NCBI GenBank assembly: GCA_035627655.1
Contig: DASPLI010000001.1
Span: 259,355-323,354 of the forward strand
Direction: 5' to 3'
From: Minisyncoccota bacterium
Lineage (GTDB): Bacteria > Patescibacteriota > Minisyncoccia > Phycocordibacterales > Phycocordibacteraceae
DNA: 64,000 nucleotides
The notes under the pieces are model-generated. The model had not been told where the DNA came from. It worked only from the letters and a program-made list of their open reading frames with translations, and did no database searches. Made by a program: the position numbers and the translations under genes. Below are positions 9,365-19,264 of this stretch, piece by piece (position 1 is the first letter of the stretch; every line of letters starts with the position of its first letter).

Positions 9365-10078
9365 ATGGAAGTCTGGCAGATCGTCGGTGTTGTGATGGTC
9401 CTTACGTACATTGCGTATTGGGGCGGGAATCTCTTTTTCAAAGCACGTGCCGCTCGTGCGCTCATGAGCGACGAGCGTCCGTTTACAGACGACACGGGAA
9501 ATTACGAGAAGACACTTCTTGTCTTGGGAGACTCAACCGGCTCAGGCGTTGGCGCAGCAGCTCCGGAAGAATCGGTTGCCGGACGACTCGCTACCTATAT
9601 AGGAGCAACGCATGTCGAGAACTATGCGGAATCCGGAGCAGAGGTGCGCGACCTGCCAGAGCAAATCGCAAAAGCGAAGCTTCCTCGGTACGATCTTATT
9701 CTCGTTCACATCGGCGGCAACGACATTCTTTGGTTCCATAACGCCAAAGCAACCGCTCATCGGCTCAAAGAGGTACTCGGAACCCTTCCGGACGCTGGCC
9801 AGGTTCTCCTAGTAACTGCGGGCAATGTCGGGGGCGCAACCCTCTTCCCACCAACCTTCCGGTACCTCCATATGTGGACGACCCTCCAGTTCCATAAGGA
9901 ATTTACGAAGGCGGCAAGCGTAGTCGGCGCGACCTACGTAAACCTCTACGAGGCGCCAAATGTCGATCCGTTTATGGACGAGCCCGAGCGCTACCTTGCC
10001 GAAGATGGCCTCCATCCCTCCTCAGAAGGGTACCGGCTCTGGTTTGAGAAGGTGAAGGCCGCCCTTAGGGCCATTTAG
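9365..10078 (+). CDS. SGNH/GDSL-family hydrolase with N-terminal TM anchor
   Basis: GDS(T)G block LGDSTGSG, GGNDI, DGLHP (DxxH) blocks. Confidence 0.7.
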   Translation: MEVWQIVGVVMVLTYIAYWGGNLFFKARAARALMSDERPFTDDTGNYEKTLLVLGDSTGSGVGAAAPEESVAGRLATYIGATHVENYAESGAEVRDLPEQIAKAKLPRYDLILVHIGGNDILWFHNAKATAHRLKEVLGTLPDAGQVLLVTAGNVGGATLFPPTFRYLHMWTTLQFHKEFTKAASVVGATYVNLYEAPNVDPFMDEPERYLAEDGLHPSSEGYRLWFEKVKAALRAI

Positions 10079-10079
10079 G

Positions 10080-10135
10080 TTGCATTCCGTAGGCCGCTCC
10101 TATATAGTCTCCCTATCCCGCAGGGCGGGATTTTC
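10080..10135 (+). promoter_or_regulatory. Putative sigma70-type promoter (TTGCAT-N15/16-TATATA) plus leader hairpin ATCCCGCAGGGCGGGAT-TTTT upstream of rpsL
   Basis: Hexamers at 10080-10085 and 10101-10106; hairpin 10116-10134. Confidence 0.35.
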
Positions 10136-10143
10136 ATTACCAC

Positions 10144-10554
10144 ATGCCAACTATCAATCAGCTCCAGAAGAAGCGCCGCAAGTCGCCCGCGAGGAAGTCC
10201 AAAGTCCTCGCTCTTGGTCGTGGTTTCAACCACCTGGAAAACCGCCCTACGTTCTACCCGTCTCCTTTTAAGCGTGGCGTCTGCGTCAAGGTAACCACCA
10301 AGACCCCTCGCAAGCCGAACTCCGCTATCCGCAAGATCGCTCGCGTACGCCTCACTAACGGCATGGAAGTCACCGCCTACATTCCGGGCGAGGGCCACAA
10401 CCTCCAGGAGCACTCAGTCGTTATGCTTCGCGGTGGTCGCGTGAAGGATATCGGTGTCCAGTACACGATCGTCCGTGGCCGCCTTGATACCGCCGGTATC
10501 GAGAAGCGCCGCCGTGGCCGCTCTCGCTACGGAGCTAAGAAGCCTAAGAACTAA
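10144..10554 (+). CDS. rpsL: 30S ribosomal protein S12
   Basis: [24 protein letters not shown]...PKKPNSA; canonical S12. Confidence 0.95.
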   Translation: MPTINQLQKKRRKSPARKSKVLALGRGFNHLENRPTFYPSPFKRGVCVKVTTKTPRKPNSAIRKIARVRLTNGMEVTAYIPGEGHNLQEHSVVMLRGGRVKDIGVQYTIVRGRLDTAGIEKRRRGRSRYGAKKPKN

Positions 10555-10556
10555 GC

Positions 10557-11018
10557 ATGCGTCGACCTATTAAAAAGCGTGCCCCGCGCGTTCCCGACAT
10601 TGAATACAAGTCGGAAGCTATTGCGCGCTTCATCAATACCGTCATGCTCGACGGTAAGAAGGATACTGCTCGTAAGGTAGTCTATGATGCCTTGAACATC
10701 ATCAAGAAGGATGCTGATCCGCTTGAAACCTTTGAGACTGCAATCCGCAACGTCTCTCCGCTTATGGAAGTCCGCTCTCGCCGCGTCGGTGGTGCAAACT
10801 ACCAGGTGCCGCGCGAGGTTCCCCAGCAGCGCCGCGTCTCTTTGGCCTACCGCTGGCTCATCAACGCAGCCCGCGCAAAGAAAGGGAAGCCAATGGCCGA
10901 GAAGCTTGCAAACGAAATCTTGATGGCCGCCAAGAACGAAGGCGAGGCAATCAAGAAGAAGGACGATATGCACCGCATGGCAGAAGCCAACAAGGCCTTC
11001 GCTCACTTCGCCTGGTAA
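10557..11018 (+). CDS. rpsG: 30S ribosomal protein S7
   Basis: Canonical S7 sequence, immediately after rpsL. Confidence 0.95.
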   Translation: MRRPIKKRAPRVPDIEYKSEAIARFINTVMLDGKKDTARKVVYDALNIIKKDADPLETFETAIRNVSPLMEVRSRRVGGANYQVPREVPQQRRVSLAYRWLINAARAKKGKPMAEKLANEILMAAKNEGEAIKKKDDMHRMAEANKAFAHFAW

Positions 11019-11033
11019 GACCGAATATACGAG

Positions 11034-11060
11034 AAAAAGCGCCCACCGGGGCGCTTTTTC
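11034..11060 (+). terminator. Intrinsic terminator after rpsG (AAAGCGCCC-ACCG-GGGCGCTTT + TTT)
   Basis: Hairpin plus T-run; separates rpsL-rpsG from fusA. Confidence 0.8.
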
Positions 11061-11142
11061 ATATATTGACCAACCGTATTATTTATGGTATTGTCAAGCC
11101 AGACTCGGGGTTGTCCCGAGCGTACTTGAAAAGGAGAAACAG

Positions 11143-11979
11143 ATGCAGCTTCGCAATCTCATCATTGCGATCCTCTGCGGCTTCCTGGTCGGCGCGATCG
11201 TGACCTACCACCCGCTTGCGCTCAACAACCCGGACTACTGGGCACTGGGAGCGATTGCGGGCGGCGTGATCGGCTGGATCGTCTACGACGTGAAGGCGTT
11301 TTTCGCCGCCGTCCAGCGTGCAGCGATGCGCACGTGGGCGGACCTGACGCGGGAGCGCGTTCGCGAGCCGAAAGAGCGCTTCGTGCTCTCGCGGCTTGAG
11401 CGCAGCTACGTGTTCTGGTGCGAAATGAAAAATTTCGCGATCAACTCGTCGTTCATGGCGTTGTTCTTCCTCGTCGTCGGCCTTGGCACCTACGAGCTCG
11501 CCGACGGCGAGATCCGCTTGTCTGCCTCGATGATGATGTCGTCCGTGATGTACGGATTCGTCATGACGCTCTACGCGCTGTCCGTCCTCTTTGCGCCGCT
11601 CTTCTCGGGCGGGCGCGAAGTTGTGCGGTCGGCTCGCCGGAACGAACTGAATCCCGAACAGCACCTCGCTGATCGGATCGCCATCCTCAAAAAGGAAGCG
11701 GGCGAATACAACGTCGTCGCGATCACCTACTTGCTCGTCGCGCACGGTATTCCGGCGGCGATCTTCTGGGTCGTCCGCGGAGCCTTCCTGCTGCTGAAGT
11801 ACACCTATCTCTTCTCGGCGTGCAACGGCCGCATGGCGTCCTTTATCGGCGTCACAGCCGGTCTCGCATCTGCCGCGTTCCTCAACAACCTACCGCTTGG
11901 TCTGGGCATCGGCCTCTTCACGGGGTTCGTGCTCTGGAGCATGCAGTTCGGCGTTGAGCGCGTGCGAGCCTGGAAGTAA
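11143..11979 (+). CDS. Polytopic membrane protein, paralog 1 of a duplicated module
   Basis: 278 aa; N-terminal region similar in pattern to 13319..14077 product; own promoter TTGACC-N17-TATTGT at ~11069-11097 and leader hairpin. Confidence 0.5.
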   Translation: MQLRNLIIAILCGFLVGAIVTYHPLALNNPDYWALGAIAGGVIGWIVYDVKAFFAAVQRAAMRTWADLTRERVREPKERFVLSRLERSYVFWCEMKNFAINSSFMALFFLVVGLGTYELADGEIRLSASMMMSSVMYGFVMTLYALSVLFAPLFSGGREVVRSARRNELNPEQHLADRIAILKKEAGEYNVVAITYLLVAHGIPAAIFWVVRGAFLLLKYTYLFSACNGRMASFIGVTAGLASAAFLNNLPLGLGIGLFTGFVLWSMQFGVERVRAWK

Positions 11980-11990
11980 TCCAACAAAAA

Positions 11991-12024
11991 GGGCGCGGAC
12001 ACACTAGTCCGCGCCCTTGATGCA
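11991..12024. terminator. Bidirectional terminator, GGGCGCGGAC...GTCCGCGCCC family (copy 1)
   Basis: 10-bp stem flanked by A-run (5') and T-rich (3'). Confidence 0.6.
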
Positions 12025-12025
12025 T

Positions 12026-12361
12026 TTATCGCCACGAGAAGTACACGAGTCCGTGACAAAGCGTCACCGATACCATCACCTCCGCACCCCAGCCGCGCGC
12101 ATCGACCCACTCTTTTATGAGCGATCGCACGTGATGTTCTTCAGCATGGTTGTGAAGCGCGAGAAGTGCGCTGTGGATCTGCTTGCACACTCGATGATCC
12201 ATTCCGTATCGGTAGCTGCGGTTATTTGCGCTTTCGATGACACCTTCCTCAAGGAGGTTGATTTCCTCATGAAAGGCTTTCTTCAGTGCTTGGATCTTCT
12301 TGCGCACTCGGCCGTTGTACAGTCGTCGGTTTCGCCGTATGGCTTCCAACACCTTCGACAT
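12026..12361 (-). CDS. Hypothetical helical protein (start MSKVLEAIRRNRR...)
   Basis: Convergent with upstream gene, shares bidirectional terminator; protein-like composition; no recognisable domain. Confidence 0.3.
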   Translation of the reverse strand: MSKVLEAIRRNRRLYNGRVRKKIQALKKAFHEEINLLEEGVIESANNRSYRYGMDHRVCKQIHSALLALHNHAEEHHVRSLIKEWVDARGWGAEVMVSVTLCHGLVYFSWR

Positions 12362-12456
12362 GTGGGACCTCCTTCCGGGTCGGACGATAGCACTTTTTGC
12401 GATATCGAGCACGACGCGTATACTCGCCAGAGAAGTTACTTATGGAGCGAGAAACC

Positions 12457-13203
12457 ATGCAAGTCATTGCAACTTCTACGGAGTTGCGCAAGGAACCGGA
12501 CTATTCTGCTTCGCTTGAAACAGAATTGTTAGCAGGCACATTGTTTGAGGTGGAGGGTGAACACCACCATCCTCTGGACAACAGCCGGTGGTACTTCGGG
12601 CGCTCTGCGTTTGATGGGTATGTTGGCTGGGTCAACAGTTCTGGACTCAGTCGCATCATCACGACGCCGACGCACCGTGTTTCGGTTGTGCGCACACCTG
12701 TGTATTTCGAACCCGACTTCAAGAGTCCGCGCCGTTCGATGCTCTCCATGAACGCACAGGTGTGCGTCGTAGAAGAGAAGGACGAATACGCGAAACTCGA
12801 CCACTTCGGATGGGTCTTTAAAGATCAATTGGTCTTGGCAGGGAAGCAGGCGACTGATTTTGTGGCGGAAGCTATGAAGCTGGTCGGTACGCCCTATTAC
12901 TGGGGTGGATTCGATACCAATCATGGTATCGACTGCTCGGCAGTGGTGCAGCATGCGCTCTTTGCTTGCGGCATCACGGTTCCGCGCAATAGCGGCGATC
13001 AGCAGAAAGCCATCGGGGTTGCCTGCGACGATCTTCCGTGTGAGCGTGGCCAGCTCTTGTTCTGGCCGGGGCATGTCGGGATCGTGGTAAGTTCTACCGA
13101 ACTCCTCCATGCCTCGATCTTCTGCCGGAACGTCGCGATCGAACCGCTTGAAAAAGCGATTGCCGAGCGCGGCGAGCCGACGGCTCGAAAGCGCATTGCG
13201 TAA
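12457..13203 (+). CDS. NlpC/P60-family cell-wall peptidase with N-terminal SH3b-like domain (YkfC/gamma-D-Glu-L-diamino acid endopeptidase-like)
   Basis: YYWGG, GIDCSAVVQ (Cys nucleophile), conserved His downstream; ATG 12457 with upstream GGAGCG. Confidence 0.7.
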   Translation: MQVIATSTELRKEPDYSASLETELLAGTLFEVEGEHHHPLDNSRWYFGRSAFDGYVGWVNSSGLSRIITTPTHRVSVVRTPVYFEPDFKSPRRSMLSMNAQVCVVEEKDEYAKLDHFGWVFKDQLVLAGKQATDFVAEAMKLVGTPYYWGGFDTNHGIDCSAVVQHALFACGITVPRNSGDQQKAIGVACDDLPCERGQLLFWPGHVGIVVSSTELLHASIFCRNVAIEPLEKAIAERGEPTARKRIA

Positions 13204-13210
13204 GTAGGAA

Positions 13211-13244
13211 GGGCGCGGACCAGCTCCGCGCCCTTTGACTTTTG
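13211..13244 (+). terminator. Terminator, GGGCGCGGA...TCCGCGCCC family (copy 2), overlapping -35 of next promoter
   Basis: 9-bp stem + TTTGACTTTTG. Confidence 0.6.
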
Positions 13245-13262
13245 TATAAATAGTTGTAGAAT
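13235..13262 (+). promoter_or_regulatory. Putative promoter TTGACT-N16-TAGAAT for paralog 2
   Basis: Near-consensus hexamers. Confidence 0.45.
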
Positions 13263-13318
13263 GCTTTTCAGACGCGGGCCCCTTCGGGCCCTTGTCGTTT
13301 GTGAGAAAGGAAACAGTT

Positions 13319-14077
13319 ATGAGTCTCTACCGGACTCTGATTGGCGTTATCTGCGGCTTTGCCGCGGGCGCCATTCTGACCTCGCTCTTGCTTGCGGGAA
13401 CGCACTGGGCCATCGGCGGACTATTCGGCGCTTTCGTCGGATGGGTTGCAGTGGATCCTGTTGCATTCTTCGTCGGCATCAAAGACGCGTTCGCAGCGAC
13501 GATTCGCAAATACCAGCAACGGCCGCAATGGACGAAGCTCCAGCGCGATCATCGGTTCTGGTACATCGCGGAAATGGCCGCGATGCAGCAATCGATCATC
13601 GTCTGGTTCGGCATCCCCTTCTCGTACTTCACCTTCACGGTGGCCGTGGATGGGATTACGCCGCTCGAAATCACGCTGTATATGATCGGCACGCTGAACG
13701 TCGTCTTCCTGATGATGAACACGAGCCTATTTTTCAGCGCGCCTCGCCATGAAGGTGAAGAATGGATGCAGAAATCGATCGCCGAGCGCAAGCAAATCGT
13801 GCGCGAATGGAATCCGATCGTGGCACCTGTGAGCTTCGTCCGCCTCGTGTGGCGATCTCGACATGCGGTCATTCACTTCGTGCAGGGCGTCTGGGACCGG
13901 ACGGTCTCCGATGCGCGGCTTATCGCTGCCATCGGCGCCTCTGCTGGCCTTGCGGCTGCGCACTTTGGCGGCGGAAACGCTGTCGCGCATGCACTCGGGC
14001 TCGGCTTCGGGCTTCTGCTTGCGACCGGATTTCACGTCGGCTACCGCCGGCGCCCGGTGAAGGTCAAGAACGACTAA
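13319..14077 (+). CDS. Polytopic membrane protein, paralog 2 of duplicated module
   Basis: ATG 13319 after GAGAAAGGAAACAGTT; N-term LIGVICGFAAGAIL.. resembles IIAILCGFLVGAIV.. of paralog 1. Confidence 0.5.
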   Translation: MSLYRTLIGVICGFAAGAILTSLLLAGTHWAIGGLFGAFVGWVAVDPVAFFVGIKDAFAATIRKYQQRPQWTKLQRDHRFWYIAEMAAMQQSIIVWFGIPFSYFTFTVAVDGITPLEITLYMIGTLNVVFLMMNTSLFFSAPRHEGEEWMQKSIAERKQIVREWNPIVAPVSFVRLVWRSRHAVIHFVQGVWDRTVSDARLIAAIGASAGLAAAHFGGGNAVAHALGLGFGLLLATGFHVGYRRRPVKVKND

Positions 14078-14088
14078 CCACAAACGAA

Positions 14089-14122
14089 AGGCGCGGACTA
14101 TCTTGGTCCGCGCCTTTTTGTA
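14089..14122. terminator. Bidirectional terminator, AGGCGCGGAC...GTCCGCGCCT family (copy 3)
   Basis: 10-bp stem + TTTTTG. Confidence 0.7.
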
Positions 14123-14123
14123 G

Positions 14124-14663
14124 TTATGACAGTAGTGGTGGCGGTGGGTGAGTGTATACCTTATCCACCACGAATCCTGCCGTCGGCATCACCGACTCTT
14201 CGTGATATTCCTGTGTTTCGCTTATGAGCAGCGCCGCGCATTTCGTTTCCTGGAAGGTCTCCAAGAATGCGTGCGCCCACGTGTTGCTCGCGTTTCCCGC
14301 GCTTTGCACCAGAAACTCAAACGGAACATCCTCAGCGGCATCTGTTGTCAGGTTCGCCATCAAGGGTCCGATCAGTTTCTTGAGCATCTGGCGTCCCGGC
14401 ATTGGAATGCGGAAGGCCACGATCAGTTCCGGATCCGGCGACTCAAGCTCCCAGAGATAGATCTCGGGTGAGAGCGTGTGGTCGCGCATGTAGGTGAAGC
14501 AGGGAGTCAGCTGCGCAAGATCAAGCAGGCGGTAGGCGAGCGTGACCGTCGGATAGAGCCGGGGAAGTCCCGGCACGCTTCCAAGGCCCACATTCGTAAA
14601 CGCAGGAGGGGCATCAAGAACAAGTCGATGTACGCCGGCGGCCACAATCCAGGCCAATTTCAT
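14124..14663 (-). CDS. Hypothetical cytoplasmic protein
   Basis: ATG at 14661-14663 preceded by GGAGG; 179 aa; no recognisable domain. Confidence 0.4.
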   Translation of the reverse strand: MKLAWIVAAGVHRLVLDAPPAFTNVGLGSVPGLPRLYPTVTLAYRLLDLAQLTPCFTYMRDHTLSPEIYLWELESPDPELIVAFRIPMPGRQMLKKLIGPLMANLTTDAAEDVPFEFLVQSAGNASNTWAHAFLETFQETKCAALLISETQEYHEESVMPTAGFVVDKVYTHPPPPLLS

Positions 14664-14783
14664 TGGGTACCTCCAGTGGTAATCAACGTCCAAGCGAAAC
14701 CGTAGCATACGTTGCGTTTTTCCTCGAGACTCAGTATTCTTCGAAGTAACGCTTCGGCGCCTTTTTATTTACTCTACCTATAT

Positions 14784-16931
14784 ATGAATCGCGATTATCC
14801 ACTAGAGCGAGTGCGCAACTTCGGTATCGTCGCCCACGTCGACGCCGGCAAGACCACCACGTCTGAGCGCGTCCTCTACTACACCGGTGCACAGCACAAG
14901 ATCGGCGAAGTGCACGAGGGTGAAACCACGACCGACTGGATGGAGCAGGAGCGCGAGCGCGGCATCACCATCACTGCAGCTGCTATTACCTGCTTCTGGT
15001 CCAAGTCCCAGGAAAAGGACAAGAAGGATCAGTCCAAGAAGTACCGCTTCAACATCATCGACACGCCAGGTCACATCGACTTCACCGCCGAAGTGAAGCG
15101 CTCCATGCGTGTCTTGGATGGCGCGATCGTCGTGTTCGACGGCGTTGCTGGCGTTGAGCCGCAGTCGGAGACCAACTGGCGCTACGCCGACGAGGCGAAC
15201 GTGCCGCGCGTTTGTTTCATCAACAAGCTCGACCGCACCGGCGCATCGTTCGAGGATTCCTACAAGTCCATCCTCGACCGCCTTTCAAAGAAGGCAGTGC
15301 GCGCACAGATCCCTATGGGCGCAGAGGGAAATTTCGAGGGTGTCGTCGACCTTCTTTCGATGAAGGCATACACCTTCTCCGGCAAGATGGGCGAGGAAGT
15401 TATTGAGGGCGAGATCCCAGCAGAATTCGTCGAAGAGGCGAAGAAGTATCGCGGGGAATTCGTCGAGCGCATCGTCTCGACTGACGAGAACGCAATGAAC
15501 GCATACCTTGAAGGCAATGAGCCGTCGCTTGAGGATCTTAAGGCGCTCCTCCGCAAGGCAGTTATTGCAAACGAAATCTTCCCGGTCTACACCGGTTCCG
15601 CACTCAAGAACAAGGGCGTGCAGCTCGTCTTGGACGCGGTCGTCGACTATCTCCCGTCTCCGCTCGATCTCCCGGCAGTGAAGGGAACCAACCCGAAGAC
15701 GAACGAAGAGATCACCCGTCAGGCGTCTGATAGCGAGCCGTTCACCGCGCTTGCGTTCAAGCTGCAGACCGACCCGTTCGTGGGTGCTCTTACCTTCTTC
15801 CGCGTATATGCAGGTTCGGTATCTGCCGGTTCTTACATCTATAACGCGAACACCGGATCAAAGGAGCGCGTCGGCCGCATCGTGCGCCTCCAGGCTGACA
15901 AGCGCGAAGAAGTGGAACAGGTCTTCACTGGTGAAATTGCCGCTTTCGTTGGTCTGAAAGATACGAAGACTTCCCATACGCTCTGCGACGAAAACAATCC
16001 GATCATCCTCGAGCAGATTAAGTTCCCTGAGCCAGTGGTGTCGCTTCGCATCGAGCCGGCAACCAAGGCTGACCAGGAAAAGATGGGCATGGCTATCAGG
16101 AAGCTTGCGGACGAAGATCCGACTTTCAAGGTTTCTTCTGACGAAGAGACGGCCGAGACGATCATCTCCGGCATGGGCGAGCTCCATCTTGAAATTCTCG
16201 TTGATCGCATGAAGCGCGAATTCAACGTCGTCGCAAACGTCGGTAAGCCGCAGGTGGCATACCGCGAGACGATTCTCGGCTCTGCAGATGCAGAAGGTAA
16301 GTACATCAAGCAGACGGGCGGTAAGGGTCAGTACGGCCACGTGAAGATCAAGATGAAGCATCTTGAACCGCTTGATCCGGAGGCAAAGATCGCGAAGAAC
16401 GTCACGCGCGAGGATCACTTCGAATTTATTAACAACATCAAGGGAGGTGCGATTCCGGGCGAATTCATCAACCCGATTGAGAAGGGTATTCGCGAGGCAA
16501 TGTCCCGCGGTATTCTCGCCGGTTATCCGGTCGTCGACGTGTCAGTCGACCTCTACGACGGCTCCTTCCACGATGTCGACTCCTCGGAAATCGCCTTCAA
16601 GATCGCAGCATCGATGGCCTTCCAGGACGGCGCCAACAAGGCAAAGCCAGTCATCCTTGAGCCGATCATGGCCGTTGAGGTTGTGGTTCCGGAGCAGTTC
16701 ATGGGTGATATCACCGGTTCGCTCTCGGGTAAGCGCGGTGCGATCGAGGGCATGGAAGATCGCGGCATGAATAAGGCCATCAAGGCCAAGGTGCCGCTCT
16801 CTGAAATGTTCGGCTACACCACCACACTTCGCTCCATGACGGAGGGCCGCGGTTCCATGACCATGGAATTCGACCACTACGAAGTGGTGCCGCAGAACGT
16901 CGCGAACGAAATCATCGCCGCGAGGAAATAG
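14784..16931 (+). CDS. fusA: Elongation factor G
   Basis: [19 protein letters not shown], full EF-G domain set; ATG at 14784. Confidence 0.95.
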   Translation: MNRDYPLERVRNFGIVAHVDAGKTTTSERVLYYTGAQHKIGEVHEGETTTDWMEQERERGITITAAAITCFWSKSQEKDKKDQSKKYRFNIIDTPGHIDFTAEVKRSMRVLDGAIVVFDGVAGVEPQSETNWRYADEANVPRVCFINKLDRTGASFEDSYKSILDRLSKKAVRAQIPMGAEGNFEGVVDLLSMKAYTFSGKMGEEVIEGEIPAEFVEEAKKYRGEFVERIVSTDENAMNAYLEGNEPSLEDLKALLRKAVIANEIFPVYTGSALKNKGVQLVLDAVVDYLPSPLDLPAVKGTNPKTNEEITRQASDSEPFTALAFKLQTDPFVGALTFFRVYAGSVSAGSYIYNANTGSKERVGRIVRLQADKREEVEQVFTGEIAAFVGLKDTKTSHTLCDENNPIILEQIKFPEPVVSLRIEPATKADQEKMGMAIRKLADEDPTFKVSSDEETAETIISGMGELHLEILVDRMKREFNVVANVGKPQVAYRETILGSADAEGKYIKQTGGKGQYGHVKIKMKHLEPLDPEAKIAKNVTREDHFEFINNIKGGAIPGEFINPIEKGIREAMSRGILAGYPVVDVSVDLYDGSFHDVDSSEIAFKIAASMAFQDGANKAKPVILEPIMAVEVVVPEQFMGDITGSLSGKRGAIEGMEDRGMNKAIKAKVPLSEMFGYTTTLRSMTEGRGSMTMEFDHYEVVPQNVANEIIAARK

Positions 16932-16940
16932 CAGCACGCA

Positions 16941-16970
16941 AAAGCGCCCCTCTCGGGGCGCTTTTCGTAT
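16941..16970. terminator. Bidirectional intrinsic terminator after fusA
   Basis: AAAGCGCCCC-TCTC-GGGGCGCTTT + TCGTATT. Confidence 0.8.
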
Positions 16971-17407
16971 TAGCTTGTTTGTTCCAAGTCCTCCTCTGGG
17001 GGTTCGTAGAGGGCGTCCACCACAATGATGGTCGCCTTACAGTCGTTGTTACGGCATTGATACGCTTCGGGTTCAATAGTCTCAAATGCATCGCGGCGTT
17101 CGCGGCGCCAGCCGGGCGGTTTTGCGCCTGCTTTGAGCATGGGAGATCCGCACTGTGTGCAGATGCTGATGACCGGATAGCGAAGTTCCATCGGGCACTT
17201 CGAGCAGCGTTGCTCGATGTACGTGATGTACGACTTTTTGGTCGGATCGTGACCGGGGATTCTCGAGAAGTCTATTTCGACCGCGCGCCGTTGGGGCGGG
17301 TCGTACTTGTGGAGGCATTCGCTGTGCGCCTGCCGTACCAAGTCACGGAGTTCTCGGATCGGTCCTCGATCCTTGCTGGGATCAGTCGGTTGCGTCCGTG
17401 CGAACAT
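16970..17407 (-). CDS. Cys-rich zinc-ribbon protein, hypothetical
   Basis: CSKCP...CTQCGSP and CRNNDC motifs. Confidence 0.45.
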   Translation of the reverse strand: MFARTQPTDPSKDRGPIRELRDLVRQAHSECLHKYDPPQRRAVEIDFSRIPGHDPTKKSYITYIEQRCSKCPMELRYPVISICTQCGSPMLKAGAKPPGWRRERRDAFETIEPEAYQCRNNDCKATIIVVDALYEPPEEDLEQTS

Positions 17408-17517
17408 GTTCCCTCCAGAGGGGCTGGTTAAACAAAAAGAAAGGGCGTCTGGTCCCTCATAGTAGATACCACAGGTGAAGACAGAATGAGAAGAGGGGTG
17501 GGGTATACTACCTACAC

Positions 17518-18006
17518 ATGGCCTTTTTCGAACGAGGAAAGCAGGAAGCGCAGAAAGCGATGCTCAGAGAATATGTGGATTCCAAGTCGCTTGAATATGA
17601 CGCTGCAATGCAAAATGCAGAGCGAATCCAGTCAGAACTTTTGCTTGCCCAGACGCGTCTGAGTGAAATCGAGCATACAAATCAGGAGCGTGCGGTAACC
17701 AAGAAGCAGAAGGAGCACACCTCACTCTTCACTACTGCAAAAGACGCCTGCGTCGGACTCAAGGCATGGTTTGAAACGAAGGGTGGTCTCAAAGAACGTA
17801 ATCAAATGGCAGAAGGTGCCTATCGTGCACGCCGAGAGACGCGACAGATAGAACTCGATGGCTTAACTGAGCGTCGTGACGACCTCTCTCGCTCCCTTGA
17901 ACAGATGCGTATGGCGATGGGACGCATTCGCGAACGTCGTTCGCGCCTCTTTGCAGACAACAACACGCTGCTTGAAACCTCTCGCAGCATTCTTGCCGCC
18001 GCCTAA
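17518..18006 (+). CDS. Coiled-coil hypothetical protein
   Basis: 162 aa, charged helical composition. Confidence 0.4.
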   Translation: MAFFERGKQEAQKAMLREYVDSKSLEYDAAMQNAERIQSELLLAQTRLSEIEHTNQERAVTKKQKEHTSLFTTAKDACVGLKAWFETKGGLKERNQMAEGAYRARRETRQIELDGLTERRDDLSRSLEQMRMAMGRIRERRSRLFADNNTLLETSRSILAAA

Positions 18007-18008
18007 CT

Positions 18009-18254
18009 ATGAACCTACCCATTCTTAAACTCCTAGTAGAACGAAGCGCACTGAGCGACGAGCGTATGATTCAGGCGCGAGCTATCTTCGCCCGCGCGGA
18101 CGAACGAGGTTCCCTGGTTGGGGAGGAGCAGGCAGCGATCGCGAAACTCTTTGAGGAGGAGGTGCAGGAGAATACCCGGATGATCAAGGAGCTTGATGAG
18201 GCCGCCGCCATGCTTGATCGTGCGATGCGACCGCTTGCTATTGCGGTTCCCTAA
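18009..18254 (+). CDS. Small hypothetical protein
   Basis: 81 aa, adjacent/coupled to upstream ORF. Confidence 0.3.
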   Translation: MNLPILKLLVERSALSDERMIQARAIFARADERGSLVGEEQAAIAKLFEEEVQENTRMIKELDEAAAMLDRAMRPLAIAVP

Positions 18255-18291
18255 AAAGTGCTAGCATAGTCTCGGGAGTAGAGGAGGTTCT

Positions 18292-18762
18292 GTGATGACA
18301 GACCTTATTACATCTGAAGAAGCACTTGAAGTGTGCGCTGATTTTCTGGAGGAGTTTGAGTACTCGTTTTCGATGACTTCCAAGTCGATCGACCTTCGCT
18401 TGCGGACTGGGGTCTTCAACGACCATCACATCCGTATCCAAGCGTGCGACGACGAAAGCGTGTATGTCGGCACCATCCTCGCGCAAAGCGTCCCGGACGG
18501 GTTTGGCAGTTGGCTCTATGAGCTTGGCTGCTGGAGTTCTGGACGGGTCCAGTTGTTTGATGAGCAGCTTGCCTGGGGTGTGCGGCTTGAACCGCACGAA
18601 CTGGCAGACTTTGCGAGCGTTGATCAGGTCATCTCCTGGATTGAGCGTGAAAGCTTCATTGCTGAATGCGTCTTGGAACTCTACGAGAGAACCAAGCGCT
18701 TCTCCACGTCAGTTTTGTTCGTTGGCTTTGGCCAACACAGCGAATTTGACTGGCGGTGCTAA
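18292..18762 (+). CDS. Acidic cytoplasmic hypothetical protein
   Basis: 156 aa ORF, RBS GGAGG upstream. Confidence 0.4.
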   Translation: MMTDLITSEEALEVCADFLEEFEYSFSMTSKSIDLRLRTGVFNDHHIRIQACDDESVYVGTILAQSVPDGFGSWLYELGCWSSGRVQLFDEQLAWGVRLEPHELADFASVDQVISWIERESFIAECVLELYERTKRFSTSVLFVGFGQHSEFDWRC

Positions 18763-18767
18763 TACAA

Positions 18768-18800
18768 AAGCGCCCCGATTTGATTTCGGGGCGCTTGAAT
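18768..18800. terminator. Bidirectional hairpin terminator (AAGCGCCCCGA...TCGGGGCGCTT)
   Basis: T-run present in minus orientation (terminates 18804..19028), hairpin also follows plus gene. Confidence 0.6.
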
Positions 18801-18803
18801 TGG

Positions 18804-19028
18804 TCACGAGTTCTTGTCCGCGTGCCAATATTTATATGATTCGACCGTCCATACTGCGACGAAAATGACTCCTAGCAGAGAAAGCAGGAGCACGCCAAGC
18901 ATGAACATGACTGGTTCCCACCAGTTGGCCACAACGAACAGGAGGCCGCACATAAGCAGGACCGGGAAGATAGCCGTCTTGGACATGAACCCGAACGTGC
19001 TCGTGAAGCCCTTGAAGACATGGCGCAT
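18804..19028 (-). CDS. Small two-TM membrane protein
   Basis: ATG at 19026-19028 preceded by GGAGGTG. Confidence 0.45.
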   Translation of the reverse strand: MRHVFKGFTSTFGFMSKTAIFPVLLMCGLLFVVANWWEPVMFMLGVLLLSLLGVIFVAVWTVESYKYWHADKNS

Positions 19029-19148
19029 GTATCACCTCCGCCCCCACCTTCCTCCGAAAGGGGGTACCTGTCAACAGCGCTTGACCGCTCCACCAGCGCG
19101 CGCTACCTTGTAGCTAACGCGGATTTGCGCTCTTTTTATTTACCTCAC

Positions 19149-19220
19149 GGCCCTTGGGCCGGCGGGGGTGGTAAAAGGCGCTTCGCGGGCAATACGCAAA
19201 GCGCCTTTTGCTGTTTTTAG
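19149..19220 (+). promoter_or_regulatory. Structured leader upstream of tuf: palindrome CGGCCCTTGGGCCG and hairpin AAAGGCGCTT...AAGCGCCTTT followed by TGCTGTTTTT
   Basis: 10-bp stem and T-run ~50 nt before tuf ATG. Confidence 0.35.
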
Positions 19221-19264
19221 GCAAAGGCCGTTTATCACTAGTCTTACTGATAACTTAGAAACCT

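Noticed and set aside
12017-12532. 171-aa plus ORF spanning terminator 1 into the NlpC/P60 start
   Set aside because: It would run through a strong bidirectional terminator and overlap the NlpC/P60 start region. The minus-strand 12026..12361 ORF was kept instead, at low confidence.
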